A program made the position numbers and the translations under genes. Shown here one piece after another: positions 24,632 through 37,285 of a stretch of DNA of 64,000 bases. Source of the stretch: Eledone cirrhosa (lineage: Eukaryota); the NCBI GenBank assembly GCA_964016885.1, contig OZ024747.1, forward strand, positions 41,540,001 to 41,604,000, written 5' to 3'. Below the pieces are notes generated by a model. It saw nothing but the letters and a program-made list of their open reading frames with translations. It ran no database searches and had not been told where the DNA came from. How positions within the stretch are numbered: position 1 is the stretch's first letter; each line of letters starts with the position of its first letter.

Positions 24632-25790
24632 ATAAGACTAAGGTCCTTATAAGTAGACGAGAAAACAGAACCCAGATCCCCTCAGGGAAATGGCCTTGCT
24701 CAGTATGTAGGAAAGGTGTAGGTAGGAACTCCATTCTTTGCCCCAAATGCAAACAATGGGTACACAAGAGATGTAGCGGGATCTCAGGAAGCTTAATTAA
24801 GAATGTAGGATTCACATGCAGCAGCTGTGCTGAAACAGCAAGCAAACAGCCACAGGAAACAAGTACCACCAATCTCTGGGAGGGCCCTGTAGAAACAGTA
24901 GACAGCTTCTGCTACCTAGGTGACCGAATTAGCAACGGAGGTGGGTGCTCAGAAAGTACAATAACTAGGGTAAGAACGGGATGGAAGAAGTTTAGGGAAC
25001 TACTACCACTGCTAGCTGCAAAAGGCTTCTCCCTCAGAATGAAAGGCAGACTGTATGATGCGTGTATCCGAACAGCGATGTTGCATGGTAGTGAGACCTG
25101 GGCGCTGAAGGTGGAAGACTTACGTAGATTAGAGAGAAACGAAGCCTGCATGCTCCGATGGATGTGTAACAGTAATATACGTGAACGACAAAGCATAAAT
25201 GAATTGAGAGAGAGACTGAGCATAAGAGGAATCAAATGCTGCGTGCAGGAGAGGCGGTTACGCTGGTATGGACATGTGATGCGTATGAAGGATGACAGCT
25301 GCATAAAAAGGTGCAGAGCACTAGAAGTTGATGGAAACCGCGGAGTGGGGAGACCCAAGATGACTTGGGATGAGGTGATAAAAGCCGACCTTACCCAACT
25401 ACACCTCTCAAAGTCAATGACACACGACCGTGACTTCTGGCGTCACGCAGTAATACAGGGTACCCGACCTCCCATGGGTACATGCTGAAGCATATAAACA
25501 ATATGCCCCCCCCCCACCGCAAGGTGGTCGTGGAGGTGCCACGGCAAAAAAGCACCCAGCCCACACTGTAAAGTGGACGTGTAGGCGCCACGAAAAAGCA
25601 CCCAGCACTCACTGTAAATGAGGTTGGTGTTAGGAAGGGCATCCAGCTGTAGAAATCAAGCCAGATCAGTTCCTGTATGAGCAAGGCATGGTCAGCCGAC
25701 CAGACACTGCCCACAACAGGACAACCCGTCTAACCCATGCTAGCGTGGAAGAACGGACGTAAAACGGTGATGATGATGATGATGATGATG
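24632..25790 (+). mobile_element. RTE-clade LINE, 5'-truncated
   Basis: KTKVLI, WPCSVC...[12 protein letters not shown] (PHD-like insert), [30 protein letters not shown]; stop at 25488; (GAT)n tail. Confidence 0.92.
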
Positions 25791-25877
25791 TGTGTGTGTA
25801 TATATATATATATATGTGTGTATATATATATATATATATAGAAGGATTTAAATGGATACAGTTTAGTTAAATGGAAT

Positions 25878-25998
25878 TTATTGACACGTGTTTCAATAAC
25901 AGTTACATAACCTGAAAACAGCTGCTATCTACAAAGTATTAGTTATGCAGACATTCAATATTTCAATGTTATTATCAACTGTCATTTCATCAGAATAA
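25878..25998 (-). ncRNA. Hammerhead motif with a 92-nt stem II domain (left palindrome arm)
   Basis: Inverted copy of 26446-26566. Confidence 0.8.
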
Positions 25999-26445
25999 TT
26001 TTACTGAGGACCTGTTTGGTTTTTATAGAGAATATTAGGAGGGAGGGGTGAAGTTGTTAGAAGAATAGTTGAGGGAGTGGTTTTTTGATAGCAGTGAGAA
26101 TTTTTGGTGACAGTGAGTAATTAGATTCCCATCTGTTGTTTTGACATTTTTATAGAATATATTATTGGTTATTTTTCTAAATCTATAGAAGTCTGAATGT
26201 TAATTAAGTGCAAACACAAAACCAACCATGCATATCTATACTATCTCTAATTCTTCTATAGATTTAGAAAAATAACCAATAATATATTCTATAAAAATGT
26301 CAAAACAACAGATGGGAATCTAATTACTCACTGCCACCAAAAATTCTCACTGCTATCAAAAAACCACTCCCTCAACTATTCTTCTAACAACTTCACCCCT
26401 CCCTCCTAATATTCTCTATAAAAACCAAACAGGTCCTCAGTAAAA

Positions 26446-26566
26446 TTATTCTGATGAAATGACAGTTGATAATAACATTGAAATATTGAATGTCTGCATA
26501 ACTAATACTTTGTAGATAGCAGCTGTTTTCAGGTTATGTAACTGTTATTGAAACACGTGTCAATAA
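26446..26566 (+). ncRNA. Hammerhead motif with a 92-nt stem II domain (right palindrome arm)
   Basis: ttatt-CTGATGA-aatgacagtt...aactgttatt-GAAAC-acgt-GTC-aataa; intact core and palindromic stem III (ACACGTGT). Confidence 0.82.
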
Positions 26567-26720
26567 ATTCCATTTAACTAAACTGTATCCATTTAAATCC
26601 TTCTATTTTTCTCCGGATTACTTTTGGAACTACAACTGGAACCGTCGAGCAAATTCTACGTGAGCTGTCCATCTACTGTGTGTAATATTTATATTACAAC
26701 ACTATGGAAAATACTGTATA

Positions 26721-26756
<36 letters not shown>

Positions 26757-26786
26757 ATATATATATATATATGTGTGTGTATATAT

Positions 26787-27128
26787 CATCATCATCATCA
26801 TCATCATTTCATTTTACGTCCGCTTTTTCCCTGCTTGCAAGGGTGGGACGGGAACTGATTCTGGCTTGATTTCTACAGCTGGATGCCCTTCCTAACACCA
26901 ACCTCATTTACAGTGAGTGCTGGGTGCTTTTTTGCCGTGGCACCTCCACGTCCACTTTGCAGTGGAATGATAGGGACCCCAGTCCCTATCATCTCATTTC
27001 TACAGCTGAGTAAACTGGAGCAATGTGAAATAAAGTGTCTTGCTCAAGGAAACAACACATCACCCGGTCTGAGAATTGAACTCACAACCTTTCCATTGCA
27101 AGGCCACTGCTCTAACCACTAAGCCATG
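26787..27128 (-). mobile_element. tRNA-headed SINE with an RTE-derived 3' tail
   Basis: Minus strand: tggcttagtggttagagc (A box) ... gagttcaattc (B box), ttgagcaagacacttta core, then the RTE 3' UTR and (GAT)n. Confidence 0.8.
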
Positions 27129-27178
27129 TATTAATGAAAAAGAACAAAGGAACTATTATGACATTATAACAAGTTTAT

Positions 27179-27225
27179 TGCCGACAGCTGTTTTGTCCGA
27201 CCATATGGTGGGACTTTTCAAGGCA
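27179..27225 (-). ncRNA. Degenerate hammerhead motif
   Basis: Minus strand: tgcc-TTGAAAA-gtcccacc(atat)ggtcggac-AAAAC-agct-GTC-ggca. The stems are intact but the core carries C>T and G>A changes. Confidence 0.6.
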
Positions 27226-29919
27226 TATAACAGGTGATTGTAAGTTCATTATTTACATCAACGTTTCACTCAAGATTAGCAGTTTGAAATCGTGGTATAC
27301 ATCAACAGCTCAGCTTGTATATTTGGGGTCTATATTCTAAGGGGGCTCTTTTATATTAGTTGTAGGAGTTGTAAAAGGGATGGGTTATGGGGAGTTAAGA
27401 GAATTTGAAAAGGGCCTAAGTGTTAGGGATTGAAGGTTAAAACTTAAAGAATTTATAAGTTACGCATTAAAAGTAAAAGACTTGGGATCTCGTAAAAGCA
27501 CCCTAAAAAATCCCTCAATAAGTGCATACAGCTTATAAGCCCCAATAAACCTAACAAACCAGAAGAGATTAAGAGAATAAAAATAAAAAAATAAATTAAA
27601 AAAATAATAAAATAAAAAAAAAATAATAAAATAAAAAAAATAAAAATAAAAAGTTTCCTAAAAAATTCCTTCAAAAGGAAGAGATCCCCTTAAAAATTTT
27701 TAGAAAATTTACGAAGATTTAATAATCCCTACGAAAGTTCTAAACTCAAAAATTAAAAATTAAAAATTAGGGAAAAGAACTTTCAATAAGATTTAAGAGG
27801 TTAATAAAGTTAATGATTTAGGGAATCCATAATATAAAGATTAAGTTTTAAGTTAGGATTTGAATTTTAAGAGTTCCAAACCCAGAAATTAAAAAATTTA
27901 ATGAATTTAAGATTAAGCAATCTTATATATCCAAGATTAAAAATTAAAGATTAAGAGGTTGAACATTAAATTTAATTTTAAAAATTTAGAAATAAATAGT
28001 TGAAAGAAATTAATCAATTAAAGGTTAATTCAAAAAGCCTTCAAAAAATCGCTCAGAAAAGGCCCCTTTAATATTTTTAATAAAAACCTCTTCCGAAAGC
28101 CCCTTCAAAGAATTAAAATTTTAGAGAACCTTTAAAAATATATATAAAAATGAATTGAGGAAAATTATAAATTAAAAATTAAAGATTACGGGATTTGGGA
28201 GATCCGAGGAATTTTCAAAGGGCTGCTTCAACAGATACGACAACTTAGGTATAATAAATAAAGTAATTTAAGTAATTTAAGTAATCTAATTAAGAAGCAA
28301 TTCAAAGAGCTTATCAAGTTGGGCAAGATTAAAGAAAATGATAAGTATGAAAATATATAAGCAAAAAGACAATAATTATAAAATGTATTTTTAAGAAGGT
28401 ATAAAATAGCTTCAGTAATCTAATAATGTATTATCAAAAAATTATTAATATAGGATTAACAAAGACATAATAATATATTCCTGCCTAATTAACAAACAAT
28501 CAATAAACAATTAACAGTCAAGCAAATTTACTCAGGGATATCCCACGCATGGATACTTTACACACATACAGCAAGATGAACAATACAGGTGACCTTGTGG
28601 GTGCGATATCCATTGTGCGCATGCAGTCATCTGCATAGCTCCAGGCACAGTTGGTCTTGTTGAAAAGTTCCGAGTTCACGAATCAACTGGGATTCACTAT
28701 CAGCTGTGTGGAATCTCTGGGAAATGTACCCGTGGATCAAATAGCTAATGGTCGCAGGGTGTCGTCCGTTCGATCTTTTCCATGTAGTTTCGGTCGTGCC
28801 AGTTATTAATCCATGCGTGGGATTGCACGCGTTTGCGATAGATCAGCCTGCCGGTTCTAAATCCAATGTTTTGCTGTATAGGATATATTGGTGTACATGA
28901 TATATTGGTAAAAAAGTCCAGTATGGACTTGACTGGGGTGGTACATTGCGTCTCTCGCTATTATCCCCACCTCTCAACAATTCCAAGTTCATACGTGACT
29001 GGTCAAATGCTAAGGGCTGTCCCCTCTTTGTTTGTTGTAGGGGTCGGTTCTAGCTTAGATGGTGGTCGTGTTATCCATGTTGCTTCTATATCCCGTCAGT
29101 CATGCATATTCAAGACAGATCACGGTATATATGCAGATATTTGCGGGTATGGTCCGGCGTCTACGCTATCCAAAGGGTCTCTCTTGTGGTATTTTCAAAT
29201 TCGCATGTCATCTCCCGGTTAAGTCTGCGCATGCTTCGGTGAATCCCGTGCATGGAATCTTGGGGTATCATATTACACGGGGTGACTAGCAGAAAATACA
29301 TACTCCATGCTATCGCACACGCGCAGGTCTGTGGCTACGACCATGTCCAGTCTCGAGTAGTAGCAGACAGCAGGTAGAGCAGCAAGACACACCCCTGTTC
29401 AAGGGGCACAACCCCTAACTTATCGAGTGGTCAGACATCAAGGGAGTCAATTCTCCAAGCCCATTATGTTAACCGTGGTGATATACAAAAAAATCCTTAT
29501 TAATAAAGAACTAACTAAAAAAAAATCACGAGATTGGGGCAGGGGTTTACTAGAGGGGGGGGATAGGCAGGGAACGGCCGCCACATTGGGTGCTCCGCTA
29601 CTGTTCCCTTCGGCAAATTCCCGAATTTGTTGATATGTATCTCCTCAGACCAGTCAACATGGGTCCAGGGACTTGCAATATCCCTCACTGCAGGCATCAG
29701 CTGCCCCCAGGGTGCCCAGCAACAATGCTGCCACCAATCCCAAGTTGGCAAGCGGGACACAGGATCGACTGTTCCTCACCAGAGTCCCCATCGGCAAGTG
29801 GGGAGCCGAGGCATCAATGGGGCCGGGGTTACTCAAGAGCACCCTATTCACCAGGGGGGCAGCCATGTGCGAGACAGGGTGGGGTCAGGGTTAGGTGTCT
29901 GGTCTGAAGAAAAAGAAAG

Positions 29920-30345
29920 AGCTAAGTATAGTATGGGGCAGGACGAGAAGATTTCTGACCTCCTGTTGAGCAAGTTAAGTCCTGAGAATACTATGGCATG
30001 AGATTCAGTTAGGCACAGGCTACAAAACCTGCTCAACGAGCTATATGGAGGAGCTTTAGTAAGGCATCTCCAGCTTAGTGTGTAGGGGGTTTTTGCTTGT
30101 TTTAAGTTATGTATGTGTCCCGCTAACGACGTGGTATTTTTAAGCTTCTCATTTTGGAAGCTATGCTGGTGGGCGTTGAATCTCGTCTTGAACTGGTTAG
30201 CGGTTGACCCCACATACGTCTTAGTATAAGTGTCTATGGTTACGTTACAAGCATATACTACGTTCTTAATAAGGCAGTGTCCAGCTAGTGGGCATTTATG
30301 AGAGTATTGAAGTTTGCTTGAAGCATTGTGGAATAATAGTAACAT
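29920..30345 (-). mobile_element. Penelope-like element GIY-YIG endonuclease remnant (Naiad-type)
   Basis: CPLAGHCLIKNVVY..YVGST..FKTRFNAH..CSLCLTE..LLNRRSE within ORF 29848-30345. Confidence 0.85.
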
Positions 30346-30788
30346 TTAACAAACAGGCAGAGAATGGACTGACAGCTAGCACCACCCCACTCCCACATTC
30401 GGCCGCTGACCTCTGCCCGACCGACCCCATTTCACGCGCACGCGCGCTCTGCTGAATACCTCAGATATTCAAAACAACAAACAGCGGAGGACGCGTTTCG
30501 CACCTTTCCGACAGACAACCTTTCCCCCACCCCGGAAAAAACCCCCAGTTGATGGATGTGAATCCGAAATATATAGGGACAATTAAATCTCTCCCAAGGT
30601 AACTCTCTCTCGTGTTGTTATTTTTATTTTATCCTTTATACTCTTTCCTTCATTCTTCTACACGTCTTATACACACCACGCATCTCAACGTACACCCACT
30701 TACATCTCTCTCTCCACCACCGGATCTTGTTACCCGGAGATTTACCCATTTGCATTGTCGAGGCTTCCAAACGACTTAAAGATATTTA

Positions 30789-30791
<3 letters not shown>

Positions 30792-30830
<39 letters not shown>

Positions 30831-30879
30831 ATATATATATATATATTTATATATATACATATATATATATATACAATAC

Positions 30880-30910
<31 letters not shown>

Positions 30911-30916
30911 CAATAC

Positions 30917-30947
<31 letters not shown>

Positions 30948-31004
30948 CATATATATATATACATATATATATATACATTTATGTATATACATATATATAT
31001 ATAC

Positions 31005-31067
<63 letters not shown>
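30792..31067. repeat. Compound (TA)n/(TACA) microsatellite, representative of more than 30 such tracts
   Basis: Other long tracts: 3130-3540, 9117-9204, 9670-9792, 12088-12260, 13035-13126, 15610-15720, 16400-16495, 24430-24585, 32640-32868, 36550-36779, 63640-63810. Confidence 0.95.
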
Positions 31068-31149
31068 ATGGAAAATTTGAACAGGAACAAAACAGAGAGG
31101 CAGTACAACTAATGTTTATTAATTTCACGCTCTGGAGAGTGGGGTGGTG

Positions 31150-32640
31150 GTGGGGAACGACGTTTTGGGCATAAGCCCTTCTTCAGGTGAAAAGTGTGTG
31201 GGAAGAGAGTTCAAAGGGTGTGTAGGGGAGTGGTGGAGAGACATATAGCGAAAAGGGGGTGGGAGGAAACGGTGCGAATGAAATTAAAAATAAAAGCATG
31301 ATCAAAATAAAATAAAATTAAAATGGGGTAAAACAGGTAGTGGAAGGATGTGGGGTGTGTAGGGGTGGTGGCGGGTGGAGTGGGGAGAGGGAGACGGGGT
31401 GTCCGAGCGGGGAGGGCTGAGGGCTGTAGGTGTACGTGTGTGTGTGTATGTGAAAGCAAGGGTTGGGGGAAGAACAGGGTTGCATGTTCAGGAAGAGGTG
31501 TGTGTGAATGGGGTGTAGGTTGGAGTGTGTGGATAGAGGGGTGGGGGGAGAGGAATCCGGAGGCTGAAGGTGTAAATATGTGGTGGAAAGCACGTGTGTG
31601 TGGGGTTTAAGCGTGTTGTGGGTGTAGATGGCGTGTGGGAAAAAAAAAATTTTGGGGGGTGTGTGTGTGAGTTATAAAGGTGATTCTGTAAGAAGATGTG
31701 GTTGAAAGGTTGGTAAACTCCTAGGATGGTAGTTGATTCCGCGGTCAAGCTCCACATACGAGTAATCCATGGAGATGGTCGGAAGAGGAGAGATGTGGGG
31801 TGCACGCGCAACAGGAAGTGGTCAAGGCGGTAGGAGTGCTGTGTGTCTGTGTGTGCTGAGAGGTGGTCAGAGGGCATAGCAGCAGTCGGGTGGAATGGTA
31901 AAGGGGCGAGGATGGGTAGGTGTGAAAGTTGGAGTGAGGAGGGTGTGTGTGTGTATTAGTAGAGGTGTTAGTGGGATGAGTGAGTGTGGAGAAAGGGTGT
32001 GGGTGGAGCGGGGAGAGAAGGGTGTGGGGGGTCGATGGAGGGAGTGTGGTGTACTGGTGTGTGTGTAGTTTGATGAAGGGGTGTTAGTGGGTGTTAGTAT
32101 ACGGGAGGTGGAGAAAGGGTTGAATGCAGGTGTGAGTGGGGGTTAATGGTGGTAGGGTGTGTAGAGTTGGTGGTGTACGAGGGTGTGTGGGTACGTGTGC
32201 GTGGGGTTGGGGGGGTGTTAGTGATGTTAGTTGCATGTGGGGTGGGTGGTGTAAGTGGGTGCGTGTGTTCGTGTGCTTGGGGTCAGGGGGTGTTAGTGAT
32301 GTTAGTTGCGGGGTGGTGGGATGGATGTGTGGGGTTGAGGGTTAGTGGTGGTAGTAGGGTGTGTGTTTAGTGTGAGCGCGTGTATATATGTGCCGGTGGG
32401 TGTGTGCGTGTGATAAGGAGGGGGAGGAGAAGAAGGGAGGGATGTTAGTATGTTAGTTGGGGAAGGGTGGTCGGATGAGGGGTGGAGTGGAGGTGTTAGT
32501 ATTGTTAGTTGTGGGGTGGGCGGTGAAAAGGAGGGGTGTGTTAGTGGGGGATATGTGTGGGGGGAGGGGGGCGGTCGAAAGCTAAAGGAATAAGGGTGGG
32601 GAGTTCAGGCCGGGGGGAGTGTGGGTCTGTAAGATGAAGA
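31150..32640 (-). mobile_element. Probable decayed PLE-derived element with a C/A-rich body and a terminal minimal hammerhead
   Basis: Minus strand CTGAAGAAGGGCTTATGCCCAAAACGTC at 31159-31186 resembles the common PLE minimal HHR. A weak GIY-YIG C-terminus-like peptide (HF..H...E..ILGVYQP.N) lies near 31700-31830. Bounded by TA-rich microsatellites. Confidence 0.45.
31159..31189 (-). ncRNA. Minimal PLE-type hammerhead motif (degenerate G12)
   Basis: Minus strand: CTGAAGA-agggc(ttat)gccc-AAAAC-GTC. Confidence 0.6.
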
Positions 32641-32777
32641 TACATATATATACATATATATATATATATATACATATATATACATATATATATACATATA
32701 TACATATATATATACATATATACATATATATATATACATATATATATATACATATATATATATACATATATATATAC

Positions 32778-32835
<58 letters not shown>

Positions 32836-33329
32836 ATTCTATATATACATTATATATATATATATATAAAGGTTAATTTATTTTTTAAAAAGGAAAAAAT
32901 CACTGAAAGTAATTAAATTCCGTTTTAAACCTTCTTATTCGTTTTTTCTAGCCCAAAATGTAACTTTTTTCCTGTAATTGTATTTATCAACGATTTACTG
33001 GTATATAATATTGGTACTTATCCATTCCAGGATAGCTAACGGATAATGCTGATTCCATCGGGATTTTTATTTGGAGAAACAGGTGTCTTACAAATCAAAT
33101 GCCTGGAAGCACTCAAAGGTTTTTGCCGATTCCAACACACCTTTCCGAACAAGTAGTATGATTCCTTGATCGACTTGAAAATCATTCTGGTGCTTATTTC
33201 AACTGGTTTTATTGCTCCGGACGAAATTACAAATTCGATATCGAATTTGAAATAAAAATAAATCTATCCTAATCAATGCATGTGTGAGGTGAGGAAATGA
33301 TATTGATATATGTATATTTATATTGATAT

Positions 33330-33716
33330 ATTTTTAATTTGTCAAGTATGTAAGGGATCCCCGGTAATTGACACAAGCAACACAGCAGTCCACTCCTCTT
33401 CCTCCTACTTCACCTGGCACTCTCTTCTTACCAAATGCATTCCTCCAGCTACTCCTCCTCTCTCACTCGCTGAGATTTTCTACTCTCCCTGTCACTACTT
33501 CCTTGTTCTTTTTTTTTCTATAAGCGGCCGTTGTTTAGTGTTACGAGGAGCTTCTCTTGGTAGTCTGTAGTAGTGTTATAGTAAAAAGAAACACACTAAA
33601 CAAGATATTATGGTACTACAGTAGCGGCCGTTAACCCTGACAAGCTAAGAGAACATTAAAAAAAATAATAATAAATCAGAGGTTACAAACTTAAAGGAAC
33701 TCTATATTTAAAGGCA
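33330..33716 (+). promoter_or_regulatory. Putative promoter / 5' UTR of the SMAP gene
   Basis: Repeat-free sequence directly upstream of the ATG, with a pyrimidine-rich tract and two GCGGCCGTT motifs (about 33524 and 33623). The TSS is not determinable. Confidence 0.45.
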
Positions 33717-33834
33717 ATGAGTACTCGACATGAAAAAGAACGTCAACGAGCGGCTCAGGAAAAATACCAAGCTGTTCTATCGCAACTATTGAAGGATGAA
33801 GACAACAAATACTGTGTTGATTGTGATGCCAAAG
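33717..33834 (+). CDS. SMAP1: First coding exon of a stromal membrane-associated protein (SMAP1/SMAP2-type ArfGAP); phase-1 intron follows
   Basis: ATG at 33717 reads MSTRHEKERQRAAQEKYQAVLSQLLKDEDNKYCVDCDAK-G, then a GT donor at 33835. This matches the SMAP ArfGAP N-terminus (LLxxEDNKYCxDCxAKG, the first CxxC of the zinc finger). Too short for the ORF track. SMAP1 versus SMAP2 cannot be resolved. Confidence 0.9.
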
Positions 33835-33939
33835 GTAGTGTATATCATATAAATATATATGACATGTGTATTATATATATATAGCTATCTACATCATATC
33901 TGTCAGTTGTGTGTTTGTGAATATATATATATGTGTATA

Positions 33940-33974
<35 letters not shown>

Positions 33975-34105
33975 GTGTGTATCTGATCGTCATCAGTGCA
34001 CTCGTGTGATGGCTAGTTATTTTTCTTTCTTTCTTTTCAATATTTTATAGTATATACACGCATGTATAAACACTCAAATATATATATACACATTCCGCTA
34101 TAATA

Positions 34106-34274
34106 TATATATATAACGAGGGGGAGAGAGAAAGAAATGATAATTGTCACCTGTACTCTATTCTATAATAAATATATATAATATATATATATATAACGAG
34201 GGGGAGAGAGAAAGAAATGATAATTGTCACCTGTACTCTATTCTATAATAAATATATATAATATATATATATAT
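34106..34274. repeat. ~82-bp tandem duplication
   Basis: tatataacgagggggagagagaaag...ataaatatatata occurs twice. Confidence 0.9.
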
Positions 34275-34606
34275 AGCTACCACTATCACTACTTTTATAT
34301 TATCTAATCTTTCTTCCTATATTTCACTCTCAGTTCTTTCTTGTACATCGATTCACTTAAGAATCGGGATCCTCCCCTTTATCGTATCTTGTAGTTTCTT
34401 TCGTTTTTATAGGCCTCACTTTATTTCTCAACTCTCTTGGATATCATTCATCTATATATTATATTTATGAATCTATATTTTCTATTTAACTATCTACTCT
34501 CTCTGTGTGTTTCAAATGCCGTAGTATTTAAAACATTCAAATATTAACTGAATGAACACTCAATTCTCGTGGGTAGAGTGTAGACATCTTTTTTAAGAAG
34601 AAAAGT

Positions 34607-34648
34607 GCTAGTGACTTCGAAGTTTCCGCTTGCTTCCTTCATCTGGTT
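34607..34648 (-). ncRNA. Degenerate hammerhead-like motif
   Basis: Minus strand: CAGATGA-aggaagcaagcg-GAAAC-ttcgaa-GTC; palindromic stem III, weak stems I and II. Confidence 0.35.
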
Positions 34649-35364
34649 ATACATCTCTATATATACATATACATCTACCAATTTATCTGTACATCTGTCT
34701 ATACATGCTTTAATGTATGTATGTGTTTCTCTATGTTTTATATCTTTATATCTTCGATCTATTATTCTATACAAGTCCTCTCATGAAGGTGTCTAAGTAT
34801 TAACTACATAGGCAGGTACTAAACCAGCCCACTAGCTAACTTTATTTATAAACCATCTTCTTTTGCATAATTTTATGATCCAGAGAATCAAAGATAATTC
34901 AAGCTATCAACTTCAACCACAATTATATGTAAATCGAATGGAAACCCACTTTTAATAGTGTTTTATCAGCACTTTTAGATCATACTGTCAGATGAACCAT
35001 ACATGAGTGTATGTGTGTGTGTGTGTGTTTCTGTCTATGTGAGAGAGAGAGAGAGAGGAGCGAGGGTTCACCATTTATATACAAGCCTGTGCAAAGCTGG
35101 TAATAGTCCCAGGCCAGATGTGAAAATTGGCCCCATTTCAAACTGCTCATTAAGTATTTCAATAATCAATTCGAAGTGCATATGGTCTGTTTATTGGTTT
35201 TGATAGGTTATGTACAAGTAGTGCACATGATGTTCCGAACAAGCTACAGAACTGAATAAAAAGATCGAGAACGATTTCTAATTTAAAAAAAAAACAGAAG
35301 CATCCTTTAACTACAGGGGTGTGGGCCTACGTCAACCTACTTTGTTTTGACTTGTGTATGTATA

Positions 35365-35419
<55 letters not shown>

Positions 35420-36716
35420 TTAACTCCAGATCAGTCCTGATCGAACAGATCTAACCAAAGATATACCAGTTGTGACCATCACGTTTTTTCTTCAAGTATT
35501 CTATATCTTGAACTACATTATTTAATGTGTCTTTCGTTTTTTTTTAAAGATGGTACTGTTTGATATGAAGGAGATTTAGCTTCTAGCAAGTAGATGTTTT
35601 CTTGTGACTCCTATAAAGTGCTTTCCTGTGTCGGTAGCTGACCCAAAATTGGGAGAGGACTGTCAAAGTGGTTCATTTAAAAATTTCATACGATCAATGA
35701 TTGATTCTCATTTGACAGGAAATAACACGACATATAAGTTTATAATGATAATAATTAAAGACTTGCATTGCCATTAACAATGAATGGATTCACAATGTAT
35801 ATCTGGTATCTACGTGACCGGCCCCGGCATGCATAATCGGCATTGGCGTGATTTGAGCGATAATCTCGTACAGCTTTCTGCTAACCACGAAGCTTCTAAG
35901 GTGGTCGCTGCCACTTAATAGAAAATAGCAGTCAAGTGTCTCCCAAACTACACTCTAGTCATTTTTTTTTAAAGTGGGGAGGGACACACATCGGATAATG
36001 GAGTCCGAGGAAAAGATGAGATGAGCTTGGCTAGAACGCCTTTGATCATATGTTTGTTATAACAGGGGCTTACTAAAAAAAGCCCAAAACATCGACCGAA
36101 AATCAATGAGGTCATTGAATGGATGACATAACAAGCACAGTAACTAACTCATCCTGGCATTAGATATCGGACCTGAACGCCACACATAATAAATTGCCAT
36201 CTTCTTCTTGTATATCCGAGGCGTTCATGCTTTTTCAAGCAAGACATTATTCGTCAGAACTATCGCTTGTGTCAATTGTGTGCGCGCGCGTGTAGCTTAA
36301 AGTATTTTCTGTATATTCTTGCCACGTCTATATCCTTTAGCAATATATATATATATAAGCAGAAGGGATATTTAATTTGTTGGTAATTCAACAAATATAA
36401 ATGTTTATAACTGATTCAGAGCACTCGACAGCTTTTCTGGAGTAAATATTCAATGATATTAAATAAATGGAAACTATATTTATAAAACCATATTTATTCT
36501 ATTATATATATTTCAAGGGTACCAAAAACTTTGGTACGCTTTCATCGGATATATATATATGTGTGTGTATGTTTGTGTGTTTGTATACATATATATATTA
36601 TATGTGTGTGTGTATGTATATATATGTGTGTGTATGTATATATGTGTGTATGTATATATGTGTGTGTGTATATATATATGTTTGCATGTGTATATATATA
36701 TATGTTTGTGTGTGTG

Positions 36717-36781
<65 letters not shown>

Positions 36782-36909
36782 ATTTCAGCGGCCAGAGCGA
36801 GCTTTTAATGCGTGTAATAAGAAAATCTATCTAGTTGGTGTGAAACTAAGAAGGAAGTGGTATATGCATGTTTGCCAATATATAGATAAGTTTCTTTATA
36901 GGAAGATAG

Positions 36910-37285
36910 ATATATTTCTTTATTTGCCACAAGGGCGCACAAGAAAAGGGGGCAATACAAAGACACATGCCGGGGATTTTACATACAGTCGTGTAAAAAA
37001 ATATAGAACAAACAAAAAATTATAACAATCGAAATCCCCAATAGGGAGGAGACGCCACAAATGGGTTGTTTAATACCCCGTAGATAGAACAACCCTCAAC
37101 TTCAGGAGCGTGTTGTGCAAGTGCTCCTTTCTTCCTTTTGCTCTCTTTAACCTACGGGCTTATATACAGAGAAGGCCCAATCACTCGGGCCATTTTCGCT
37201 TCATTCACCCACCTTTCAGTAAATTTACTGGGGTGCAGTGCCTCTCTCTCCACTGGTTCTTCTTCTAAAGTGATACTTAAAGAAG
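36910..37285 (-). mobile_element. Tx1/L1 LINE 3' fragment
   Basis: Homologous to 45625-46020 (tttatttgccac..agggcg, caatagggaggagacgcc, ctggggtgcag). Confidence 0.8.

Larger units (their letters stand above)
25838..26606. repeat. Near-perfect inverted repeat, 354-bp arms, 61-bp spacer
   Basis: 25838-26191 is the reverse complement of 26253-26606; I saw one mismatch. Confidence 0.95.

Noticed and set aside
28866-30001. Several 70-124 aa ORFs on both strands
   Set aside because: No domain motifs, overlapping in all frames; consistent with chance ORFs in GC-richer sequence.
30485-30580. Two hammerhead-like half motifs (minus GAAACGCGTC; plus ttgatggatgtgaatccGAAAtatata)
   Set aside because: The cores are incomplete, so they are not counted as HHRs.
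33010-33240. Divergent small ORF (49 aa, minus) or HHR-like GAAACaggtGTC upstream of SMAP
   Set aside because: No recognisable protein motif or splice signals; the 5' core lacks GA and stem I does not pair.
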